A DNA stretch of 64,000 bases from Mustelus asterias (lineage: Eukaryota). Positions 51,237-62,589 of this stretch are shown here, piece after piece; the stretch's first letter is position 1, and each line of letters begins with the position of its first letter. The position numbers and the translations under genes are program-made. The stretch lies in NCBI RefSeq assembly GCF_964213995.1, contig NC_135807.1:90148001-90212000 (forward strand). The letters run 5' to 3'. A model generated the notes under the pieces. The model searched no databases and had not been told where the DNA came from. It saw only the letters and a list, made by a program, of their open reading frames with translations.

Positions 51237-52034
51237 AATTAACAATATTGCATGATGCTGTTCATATAAAATAATAATGACGTCTGCTGCATATATATCA
51301 GATGATATTTGTAACCAGATGCCAACAATGGGTGTTATCATTTTACTCTGACTTTTCTGTGATTGTTAGGTGAATTGATTTTAAAAGGAGAGAAAATATA
51401 ATACATGATTGAGGGTGAGGAGAGGATTAAAGTGGGGGAGGGTATGGGGCTGAGGGTTGGCGGTGGGAAATAAGTGGCCTGGAAAAAGAAGCACCAACAC
51501 CCATTATTTCTCTCCTTCACTCTGCTCTACACAGAAAGTCAGCAACAACCTCTCTATAATGTGTGTGTCGCTCCTCCTTAAGAGGGACAGGTTAGCTGAA
51601 ACATGTACTATCCACATAGTCACACAGCTTGCTCCCCACGGCTATTGAGTGTTCAGCCAGCTGGCAGCATACTCAGCAAAGGCTGCACTCTAAAATCCTT
51701 GAAATCTGGAGACAGCACAAAAGTTTGGATGCTATCAGCCACAACTGGACGAGCCTGGATGAATTATAACCCATCTCTGAAAATGGAAATTCTGGATTTT
51801 TGAGTCCATTGGATGCAATGGACAGCAATTTACACTGTGGGAAGTACAGTGTCATTTAGGACTGTGACTTGTAGGAATTTCTTGTGACTTTCTTCTACTT
51901 GCTGTTACGAATGATGTAGAGCTCAGATAATCTGAGATTGTGACTTAAAGTCTCACTTGCTTTATTCTATAGTGGTGTATACATACATGTTTTCTTTGAG
52001 TCTCTCACAGTAACAATTACATATCTTCAACCAG

Positions 52035-52345
52035 GTGGTGGCACAGTGGTTAGCACTGCTACCTCACAGCACCAGGGACTGGGGTTCAATTCCTGACTTG
52101 GATCACTGCCTGTGCGGAGTTTGTACATTCTCCCTGTGCCTGCGTTGGTTTCCTCTGGGTGCCCGATTTCCTCCCACAGTCTAAAGGTGTGCGGGTTAGG
52201 TGGATCAGCTATGCTAAGTTGCCCCTTAGTGTCAGGGGGATTAGCTAGGGTAAATGCATGGGGTTATGGGGATAGGGCTGGGATTGTGGTCAGCGCAGAC
52301 TTGATGGGCTGAATAGCCTCCTCCTGCACTGTAGGATTCTATTCT
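52035..52345 (+). mobile_element. HE1-type V-SINE
   Basis: Head, V-domain and tail. Confidence 0.88.
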
Positions 52346-52984
52346 AAGTGCATTGGACAATGTCCCTCTGTATGAAGGCTTGATGAGAAAAAGAGTGAAC
52401 ATTTTGCACTGATTCTACCTCGTCTATTACATGATCAATTTTCAAGCAGATTATATTGTTGCTGCCTGATGTTTTCAGTACAGTTATGACTCAACAGAAC
52501 TCATGCTGTTTCTTCTGTCAAAATTGGGTTCTGACCTGCAGAGAGGTAAGAAAGAGCTTGCATGTGTTTGTGCATTTCACATCCTTAAAATATTCCGAGA
52601 GATTTATAGCAAATGAATTAGTTCAAAAGCGTGGTAACTGCTCTTCTCTGGAAAGCACAGCAGTCAATTTATGCGCAGCAAGGTCTCGAAAATAACAAAA
52701 ATAATGATGAATCAATCATTTGTACTTTTAATGGTGTCGATTGAGAGCTGTCAGAGCTCCCTTATTATTCACTGAATGGTGAAAGGATCTACCTAATCAG
52801 GCAGACAGGCCCTCAATTTAATATGTAATCTGAAAGATGGCACCTCTGATAGTGCACTGTCCTTTTAGTCCTGCACCAAGGTAGACTTCAAGATATCAGA
52901 GCAATCTAAAAAACAAAGCATTGACAATATACAGGTTTGTCGGAAAACAGAATAGCCCACATAAACAAAATGTACAAAAGCATT

Positions 52985-55001
52985 GAGCCATTTATATTTT
53001 TTACAATGTATTGAAAATTTACATCATAGATCCATACATTTTACAAATTCTTTTTTTCATAAAAATATATTTCTTTACAAAAGAAATTTTTATGCATCTA
53101 ATTATAATAAACATGATACAGAGGAGTAAGGAGGTTGTACATGAAATTTGTTTCAGGTACAATTTAAAGTTTGTTCTAATTTCAATGGATGTACTTTGTT
53201 TATTGCAGTCACTTATGGTATACAAACCTGGGTGAGCAGGAACATACGTGAGACAATTTGAGGAAAAATAATTGCCGTTAACTTTAATATAGCTTCAGAT
53301 GCATTGTAAAATTCTTATATTTGAATGTAGTCAATTCTTGTGATTAAAGGTAAATGGATCTTGAAGCCCAATGCTAGATTTCTGATTGAACAAGATACAC
53401 TCATAGGACATTTTAGGAGCAGCAACCTTGGCCTCAATTAATTTTTGGTAGGCACAGTGCATACATTACAGTTACAACATAATAATATCTCCAGTTAGTT
53501 GATAATCCTTTCAGCAAAATAAAACTGATTATCTTAGTTTGATTGTACTTCTGTTCTTAAATTTTCATGCGAATGCTTTCCTAACACAGTGGTAATAATC
53601 GTTTGTGAGTAATGAGATGAGCTTTAGAGTTGATAAGGTAGAGATGGAAGGTGGAGACTTGTTGCTACTGCAATGTATATTATGTCATGGCTCTACTCTT
53701 TAAGGCAAATGTTAAGAAGGTGATCAATAGAAAGTGTAGGGAGTCATGTGAAGTTTGGCTGCTACTAAAACAGTTGAATAAACATTTGGAGCTAAGATGA
53801 GCTCTCAGACACATTCTAGTCATTCATGTCATAGATCCATTTCTCATCTCTTGTTAGCAAACACAGTCATAATCTATGAATCTCTACTGTGGACATGTAT
53901 AATGGAAAAAAAATATGCATTTACTTAATTAGAGAATGGGCAAGAAAAGCAGCTGGCTCAGGTGATACCCCCCCATACTTGTGGTCTATATTTTTGCACT
54001 CTCCACCTTACAAAACTCCAATCAGATTTAAACAAATATGTTTGCTCTATTACAACACACACATCCATAATACTATGAGTATCAATAGTGCAAAATGCAG
54101 GACATCCACACCATAAATCACTTCATGTTGAAAGGGTCGAGATGAACTGCAGTAAGCACGTACGTAGGACCGTAACGTTATTAGACAATAAATAAAATGG
54201 TTTGCTGTAAAAAAAAACACAACTGAGTAATTAAATAATAATGAAGCATGCAACATATCATGCATATGCGTTACTCGAAAATATGAATATATAGTATAAA
54301 TATTTCTCATTTTATTCTGTGGCAAGAATTTAACATTTTGTACGAAGAATATAAATTGAAATCAAAAAAATATGGAAAAAAATTAAATAGATGAAGAGAT
54401 TTCTCTCGGCAATCAAAAAAGACTGGAAGTGTTCCATAGAAATCTGTTTAGTGAGTACCACACTGGCCACTTTACAGTCAGGTATTTAAAATCAGTTTTG
54501 CAGTTGTTCTTTATAAAGTTTCTTTTTACACCAGAAGGCAAAACCTGTAATAATCTTGACTATACAGTACTTCACAGTCATTGTTACATATTCCCAATGT
54601 GTCCCAACCTTCATTCCAAATGCTAGCCCCCGTTGTTTGTGACATTGAAAACAGAGGTTCAATGCTCCTCAAGTATCTGCAGTTGTCTTCTGAGAAAGTG
54701 TTTAACTTTTGAAAAAATTGTGGCTAAGCACTCTTAGAGTGCAGCTAAAGTTGCTGAAAAGCTCTCCAGTAACAGAATGAAGAGCAAATCTGTTTCAAAC
54801 TGGGTGAGCCATGAAAACATGTTCTTTTTTTTTCCGGTTCTTCAGATAAATCTGGTACATTAAATTCCTGAAAAGTGTGCTTTAAATAGCAATGAACCAA
54901 ATGTGCATTGTACATACGTTGGTTTAGTCAAAATCTGGATGTCCCAAGGATGCAAAGCGCTAGATGTGTATCGGGTTATGTGATCAAACAATGCCCCTGC
55001 T
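52985..55001 (-). other. CSMD3: Probable CSMD3 3'UTR (end uncertain)
   Basis: AT-rich ~2 kb with no recognisable TE following the stop codon. AATATA-type signal near 52997-52992. Confidence 0.5.
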
Positions 55002-55161
55002 TTATACCATTGTACAGACTGTGTTGAGATTGGGGTCAAATCGAACTGCCTTGCCTTCTGCTGACTTTGCATTTGTGTCATACATTGGGTTTTCAAAAGC
55101 TGCTTGACCATTATTGTTTTCATGTACAGAACAGCCAGTATACTGTGTCTTGGGTGCAGTC
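55002..55161 (-). CDS. CSMD3: CUB and Sushi multiple domains 3, last coding exon (cytoplasmic tail)
   Basis: AG acceptor at 55163-55162. Encodes (R)TAPKTQYTGCSVHENNNGQAAFENPMYDTNAKSAEGKAVRFDPNLNTVCTMV*, recognised as the CSMD3 C-terminus. Confidence 0.93.
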
Positions 55162-56887
55162 CTGTTTTTAAAAAAAAGCAAAAACGTTACAGCTTCAAAT
55201 CTAAGCTCAGTGTTCGACATCAATGAAGTCGCATTATAATGCACAGAAGGCCAATCAATCCACTGTGCCTTCATTAGGTCTCAGAGTTCTCAAGACTTCC
55301 ATTTCCCTGTTCTTTCCCCGTAGCACGGCCAAGTTTTATTTACGTTTCAATCCAGTTCTTCTTCACAAGTGATTACATCCATCACTCTTTCAGGCAATGT
55401 TCCAGATCAGAACAACTTGCTGAGAAAGGACATTTCTTTCCATGTCCCATTATCTTTTCTTTCCTGACGATTTTCTTAAACCGGGTCCTCAATTAACGAT
55501 ACTAATGTCAATGGAAAGTTTCTCCAATAATTTTCCACAATTTCTTTCAATGCAGTCTCTCAATCGAAAGTAGCATTTAGAAATGTAACATTATCAAGAT
55601 TCTTATATTAATATATTTCATCAGTTTTATTCAACTGAAAGCAACTGATATATTCAATAAATGTTATTACCAGGAGGCTGTCAGATTACAGCATTATTCT
55701 AAAAGCTTCTCTATAATTTCACCCTTATTGCTATCCAAGAGAACTGTAAGTGGTTGTGACTTTAGCCATAAGGTATTATCAATAATTAGTCTAATGTAAC
55801 AAAATTGTATGCAATTGCATCGTGGTTCTTCAGTTTTGTGAAGTTAATTCAGTTAATTAATCTTGTTAATTTAATTTATATTATTCATCTGCCTCTTATT
55901 ATTAGGCATAGTAGAGAATTTAGCTGTGTTTTAAGACACAGTATTTGATATTGTGGGTTCAATTTTTAGTTGCACTTTCAGGCACTAATGGTGCTTCAAG
56001 GTGGCCAAGATGAGGGCTTGAGCTACAACAACAGTTCAGCTTGTGTTTAGTTCAAGGAATTGGCCCTAACTTTGAGTCTCTGAATGGTTGCACACCAGGG
56101 GCACCCAGGAATATGCACTGGGGACCCCTTTGAGGCCCCAATTCAAGGAATTTGTGGAGATTGCCGAGGAAGTTTCAGCTTCCAGTGGGTAATTACCCTG
56201 TGTATGGAACCCTTCAAACTTTATGAATGGTTCTGATTTGCTTAGCAGAATAATTACCCAGGAAAAGTTAAAAGGATTAAAACTAGCCCTAACTCCTGTG
56301 TAACTATGTTACTGACTCCCTACTCCTCACAGGGCCCCCCAACTACCTGCTTCCTACTTCGAACAAGACCTCCCAACCCCCTGCTTCCTACTCCTCACAG
56401 GACCTCCCAACCCCCGAGCTACACCCTGACCTCGTATCCCTCTGAGCGCCCTGACTATACCTCTAAAAACCCCCTCCAATGCCCAGACTACCCCTAACTA
56501 TGTGACTACCCACCCAACTCTGACTAGCCCCCCGTCTCGACTGCCTGCTGACTACAGCCCAGCCCATCTTACACCCTCTCCCATTCACACATGTATTCTT
56601 CCCTCCTTTCCCTGCATTGTGTCAATATGTGCCAGACAGTGCACTCCGTAGAGGGAGTGATTGCAAGGAACCCTCAGAGAAGTTATGCCAAATCAGGTTG
56701 ATCTGGCTGATGGCTGAGTTAGGACATCAAAGCAACTTCAAAGTATTATAATGAGCACCAAAATGATGTGCCAAATTCAGACTTCCAAACAGACATGTCT
56801 CAGATACAGATTTCATCTTTGGCAATAACCCCCATTGTCTTCTGTCACGTATAATAGGAACACCCTTACTTTTGAGCATTAAAGTTA

Positions 56888-57070
<183 letters not shown>

Positions 57071-58099
57071 TTACAGAGATGAGACATAAAGCAGCAATCA
57101 CATTGTCAGAAACCTGCTGTTGCAAATTACAGCCTCCAAGCTTTCTCCACATCACTGAGAGAAATTACTTCTGCATATAATTTGATCTGCGCTTTTATTT
57201 TCAGATTGTCTAAGTAGCTATTAGAATGATTGCTGTTAAATTTAGCTGCATAACTGGTCAGTGTTCATACAATGAACATGAGCTTTCCTATTGAATTTAA
57301 TGGCTCCAAAACCAATGAACAATCATCAGCAATCACATCTTCCCTGTACACAATGGTCACTTTGAATGGTCGGTCAAAAAGTGTCCATTAAGATTATTAA
57401 AATATTTGACAAACACCTTATTTTTCAATTAGTCCTTTTCTATTCTTTGCAACAGATTGTGATAATAAGTGCTATCCCCACCAAAGAGTAATTTGTACTT
57501 ACACAATTTGGTGAGTATTTTTATATTGACGCTGTCATGGTTGACTAATTCAATAAGTTAGCTCGTAGATTAGTGAAAATGTCACAGTAATATTGTAATT
57601 CTATGTCATCCTACTTAACTGTTCCATTGGTTTTACATTAAAACTAAAACAATTTTATTTCTATCACATTAGGATAGCCTATAACACCAGCTTAGAAGAG
57701 CAAATTGCTGTTGTTTGGAACTTTATGGAAGGATCTGGAAGATATTGCAAGTAGGTAACTTAAAACACACAAACAAAAATGTCTTAAGTTATGCTAAAAA
57801 TGTTGTATGTTGATCCAATATAATAAAATAAAACAGGTTTTACCTCCATCTTAATTTTTGGAGTAATTGAATAATGCAAGTTTCACATTATGTGACAGAT
57901 GTTTCAGGTGTGAGGACCCATGAAAGAAAAATATTTTTGGAATTTGTATGCACGAGTAACAACAAACAGTTCAGACTCCAGATATAAAAGATAAGCAATG
58001 GAAATAAGCAATTAATGTGGCAATTGTAAGAGTATGAGTAAACAAATTTTAATAGTCCACTTTCATTTGCCAGTTCAGAAAATAAACAAAAAAAATCAA

Positions 58100-58185
58100 T
58101 TAGAATCATAGAATCCCTATAGTGTAGAAGGAAGCCATTCGGCCCATCGAGTCTGTAACGACTGCTATCCCACCCAGGCCCTTTT
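58100..58185 (-). mobile_element. HE1 SINE tail fragment
   Basis: Tail match. Confidence 0.8.
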
Positions 58186-59290
58186 CCCATTCTGCAACAA
58201 ATCAAGTTCAATCAAGTCACTTGTGTGCTCTGGCAAATCTGACATGAAGTTATTCACCATAAGTTTGATGATATGGTTTCATTAGAATGGGAGTTAGAAT
58301 GATGTTCTGCACATTTTCTTGATTGAACCATAGACATGGATTTATGTTTCAAAATCTGTTAACTGTTGATATTTTAAGATCATTAATGAGTTAAGAACCG
58401 AGAGAGGGACATTTGCAGATTGCCAATGGCTTGTAAAATTCCAGTGAGAGTATTATTCAAACATTACTCATCAAATTTAACCGTAATCAGATTCAGCACC
58501 GCCTTTCTTTTTTTATACCTTTAATAATTGTGGGACAAATCTGATGCTTACTAAACACACATAAAACTCTTATTGACTCTCATTTGGCGCTAGGTTGGCA
58601 ATGAGGCTTAATTCCAAAATGCTTGGGTTGGCCTGGAGAAGCTAAAATGTGTTGATATCAGCGAAGCACATGATTGGGCTCTAATGTGGGTTTGGCTGTG
58701 ATATCGCAATGGTCAGATATTTCTTATGATACTTCTTATGCAGACTTATGCATGGTGAGTGGCCACATGAGGGAGATATTGGAGTAGTGCTGGTACTCAA
58801 GTTTCGCAACGTCAGTTGCCAAAAGAATGAATTACAAAAATTAGGAGATTAGTGTTTTTACACAGAAGTTTCACAGAACAAGGGAAGCCCTACCACAGCT
58901 GCAGCAGACATCATAAATACTCTCAGATAAAATATGGCTGCAATGCTACCACCTTGTGAAATATTTTCCACTCCTATCTGAATTTACAGTACAACCAAAT
59001 ATATTTTTTAAACAATAATCTAGCAGAAGTGCACGACAAAGTGATTAAGGTGTGGGAGAAAAATCTTCCGTGCTGACCTCCCATTGTGCTAAATTACTAA
59101 GCAGAGATCAAAAGGAGGGAACAAAAATTGAGGGTTACCCCAAGGTCACATTTTTACTAATGGGTGACTATGGTGTGGGATTAAGTGGGATTTATCTGCA
59201 TATTCAGCCTCTCAGCCAGAGGTAGTGCACAGAGAAGAGGGAGAAATGAAATCTGCTTAAGTAATGCTAGTTGAAGCAGCAAGAAAAGCA

Positions 59291-59524
59291 AAAGAGAAAA
59301 CGCTGGAAAATCTCAGCAGGTCTGGCAACATCTGTAAGGAGAGAAAAGAGCTGACGTTTCGAGTCCAGATGACCCTTTGTCAAAGCTTTGACAAAGGATC
59401 ATCTGGACTCGAAACATCAGCTCTTTTCTCTCCTTACAGATGCTGCCACACTGGCTGAGATTTTCCAGCGTTTTCTCCATTGGTTTCAGATTCCAGCATC
59501 CGCAGTAATTTGCTTTTATTTAGT
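59291..59524. mobile_element. Palindromic mini-element, family B, in a CSMD3 intron
   Basis: ~92-bp arms (59294-59385 / 59386-59477) with no spacer, centred on CAAAGCTTTG, plus a one-sided extension. AAGAAAAGCA duplicated at 59281-59290 and 59525-59534. Confidence 0.85.
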
Positions 59525-59702
59525 AAGAAAAGCAGTTTAATTTCCTTAAAATATATACATGGACATTTGGAAAAAAAACAAATACAGCAATGGCACAAGA
59601 AAGTGGTTTTTGCCATATTTTCTCAATTCCCTGTTCTCAGGCTGTCTGCTTGGGGCAAATGCCTCACAAGAAGCAAAGAAACTCTCCACTGCAGGGGAAC
59701 CT

Positions 59703-59750
59703 GGGGAGAGGGGAGGAGGGGGGGGGGGGGGCGGGGGGGGGGGGGGGGGG

Positions 59751-59782
<32 letters not shown>

Positions 59783-59801
59783 CGGGGGGGGGGGGGGGGG
59801 T
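59703..59801. repeat. Poly-G tract with sparse C/A interruptions
   Basis: ~100 nt, almost entirely G. Confidence 0.9.
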
Positions 59802-60124
59802 GTCACCATCGACGGAACTGGAAAATCACGTCAGCAGAATGGCTGGAAAATCACACCCAATGCTTCTTAAACTTCCAGTTGGAGAAAGTGAAGGATGCCA
59901 TTAGTTGAGGATAATAAACAGGACTTTTATCATAATCGGAGTGGGACAAGAGAAATGACTGATCTACTTCAGAAATTTTGCTTTTGACACTGACAGCAAA
60001 ACACTAAAGCACTTGTACTTGGTCACAAACAGGAGCACTTCATACCTTCCCAAACCAATAAGGTTACACATTAAATAAAAGTATATATGATTTTGAACTC
60101 AACGTGGTCATCATCAGAATTTAC

Positions 60125-60212
60125 CTAGTCTCTGTACTCCAAACTGTCCATAATCTTCACCCTGTATAAATCCTTGAAAGACGTATGTGGCACCATCAGG
60201 CTCAGCAGAAAC
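60125..60212 (-). CDS. CSMD3: CSMD3 third-from-last exon
   Basis: 88 bp with AG/GT boundaries. Encodes VSAEPDGATYVFQGFIQGEDYGQFGVQRL(G). Its phase-1 end fits the next exon. Confidence 0.92.
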
Positions 60213-60525
60213 CTGGTAAAATAAAAAAAGTTGTAATAACGATAAATTGTGATGTTGCTGGACTTTTCAAAATTTGACAACGGAGGAAAGGAATCCGAGG
60301 GAAAAAATGCGCCCAAAAAACCTGTTTTTTGGGCAGAGAAGAATTATCATATGATGCAGTGTGTCTGTGAGTGCGATTTGAATGAGTTATTTTGGGTGCA
60401 CAACACAGAAACAGGCCATTCAGCCCAACTGGCCTATTCTCGATGTAATGCTTCACCTGAACTGCAGAATTACAGTTTTCTATTCACCAAATAATAACAA
60501 TTACAACTGCTTTCATTTATATTGT

Positions 60526-60720
60526 GGGTGGGATTTTTCCACCCCCCGTGTGGTGTTTTGCAGTGGCGGAGGTAGTCAACCATTGGCCGGCAGCAGATTT
60601 TTCAATCCCACCGTTATCAACTTTGTTCGCACCCTCTGCCACCAGGGAACCCATGGCGGAGGCTCGCTGTTGGCGGGACCAGATGATCCCGCTGACTGGG
60701 ATGTCTTAAAAATCCTGCCC
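60526..60720. mobile_element. MITE-like element
   Basis: GGGTGGGATTTT / AAAATCCTGCCC imperfect TIRs. Confidence 0.55.
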
Positions 60721-61199
60721 GGTGTCTTTAATGTAACAAAGCATGCCAAGGCACTTTCCAGCAGCGTTAGAAAGTAACAACTGATAAGATTCCACTTCAA
60801 GTGATATTAGGGTGAAAAGCTTGGTCCAAGAGGTAATTTTAAGGTGGAAAGAGCAATAAAGAGGGAGTTCCACAGTATAGGGCCCATTGAAGGCACAGCC
60901 GCCAATGGTGCAGCAATTAAAATCCGACTGGGTCACCATTAGAGAGGCACTGATACCTCAGAGTATGTGAGACTGTAAGAGATTTCTGACTGCTGCTATG
61001 CCTTCCATTCCCACTTCTGCACTTTTGCCTTTGTTGTCACCCCACCCTCCAGGATATTAATTATCAGATTATTCCAGTACTGGATTAATTAAAATTAACG
61101 GGAGGAAATTAACTAAAACATTTTTAATGGTCCTCCCTACAAACTCCATTCTTTAGCTACCAATTCCATCCTTTGCTCTGGCAGCTGTCTCAGTCTGCC

Positions 61200-62280
61200 G
61201 CTCCTTCAAATATCCCATCACCTTCAAAAACCATCCCTTGATTCCACCTTCCCTGCGACCTGCCAGACATTTTCAACCTCCTATTCTTCTCCAAAGCCCT
61301 TGAAATTGTTGTAGCCTGTCAAATCTATGCTTACCTTCCCTAGAATTCAATGGTTGAATCCCTTCAACCGGGTTTCTGCCCCTGCCATAGAATCAAAACG
61401 ATTCCTGTCAAAGTCACAAATTACATTCCAGGTGACTGTGACAAAGGTAAACATTCCCTCCTTGTCCTTCTTAACCTGTCTGCAGCCTTTGACATGATCA
61501 CACCATCTTCCTCCAACACATCTCTATTGCAGCCCAGCTTTCTTGGTTTCATTATCTATCTGATTGTAGCCAGAGAATCTCTTGCAATGGTTTCTCTTCA
61601 GACTGTTAAGTCTGATGTTACCCATAGATCTGCCCTCGGTCCCTTCAAATTTCTCACCCACATGCTGCTCCTTGACAATATCTTCCAGAAATGATAGTTT
61701 TCATATGTACCCTGACAACACACAGTTCTCCATCACCACCATCTCTCATGACTCCTTGCTAAGTTATCAGAGTGCTTATCTAACCTCCGATACAGATGAG
61801 TGGATATTTCCTTCATTTAAAATTGGGAAGACTGAAGCCATCATCTTTGGTCCCTGCTCCAAACTATGTTATTTAGCGAGTGCCCCATTGCTCTCTCTCT
61901 CACAACTACCTGAGACTAAGCTACACTGTCCGTAAACTTGATGCTATATTTGACACTGAGATGATGACCTTCTGATCATATATTCGCACTATCACTAATT
62001 CTGACTACTTCCAACTATGTAACATCATCCTTGCCTCAGTTCATTGGCTGCTGAATCCCTCATATCCATGCCTTTGTTAACTCTATATTTGGATATTCCA
62101 ACTCACTCTTGGCTGTCCTCCCATATTCCACCCTCTACAGACTTAAAAACTCCAATTCCTATATCAAACCTTGGGCTCACTGGCCAATGTTGGCTCCCAA
62201 TAAAACAATACTTTATTAAAATTCCCCTCCTTGTTTTGAAATCGATCAGTGGCCTTGACAGTCCCAATATCTACTCCAGC
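61200..62280 (+). mobile_element. Degenerate L2-like LINE RT region
   Basis: SLLVLLNLSAAFD, SALGP, FHMYPDNTQ, KIGKTEAIIFG remnants. Confidence 0.75.
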
Positions 62281-62349
62281 ATTCAAGGCTGCGGGCCAAG
62301 TGCTGGTAAATGGAATTAGGTAGGTAGGTTAGGTGGTCTCATGTATTGA

Positions 62350-62589
62350 CAGTAAGAAGTTTAACAACACCAGGTTAAAGTCCAACAGGTTTATTTGGTA
62401 GCAAAAGCCACACAAGCTTTCGGAGCTCCAAGCCCCTTCTTCAGGTGAGAATTGCCACTCACCTGAAGAAGGGGCTTGGAGCTCCGAAAGCTTGTGTGGC
62501 TTTTGCTATCAAATAAACCTGTTGGACTTTAACCTGGTGTTGTTAAACTTCTTACTGTATTTACCCCAGTCCAACGCCGGCATCTCCAC
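62350..62589. mobile_element. Palindromic mini-element, family A (inverted PLE pLTR ends, hammerhead motif on each strand), in a CSMD3 intron
   Basis: 101-bp arms (62349-62449 / 62458-62558) with 1 mismatch, an 8-nt spacer and a 31-nt extension matching the PLE terminus at 21624. CTCATGTATTGA duplicated at 62338-62349 and 62590-62601. Confidence 0.9.
62460..62496 (+). ncRNA. Minimal hammerhead ribozyme motif (mirror copy on the minus strand at 62411-62447)
   Basis: CAC-CUGAAGA-A-GGGGCU UGG AGCUCC-GAAA-GCUU-GUG. Confidence 0.75.

Noticed and set aside
55162-55274. N-terminal part of the 90-aa ORF 55002-55274
   Set aside because: Intronic read-through upstream of the AG acceptor.
59480-59908. 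Poly-Gly/Pro ORFs
   Set aside because: Translation of the poly-G tract.
60125-60316. 63-aa ORF as listed
   Set aside because: The real CSMD3 exon is read in a different frame.
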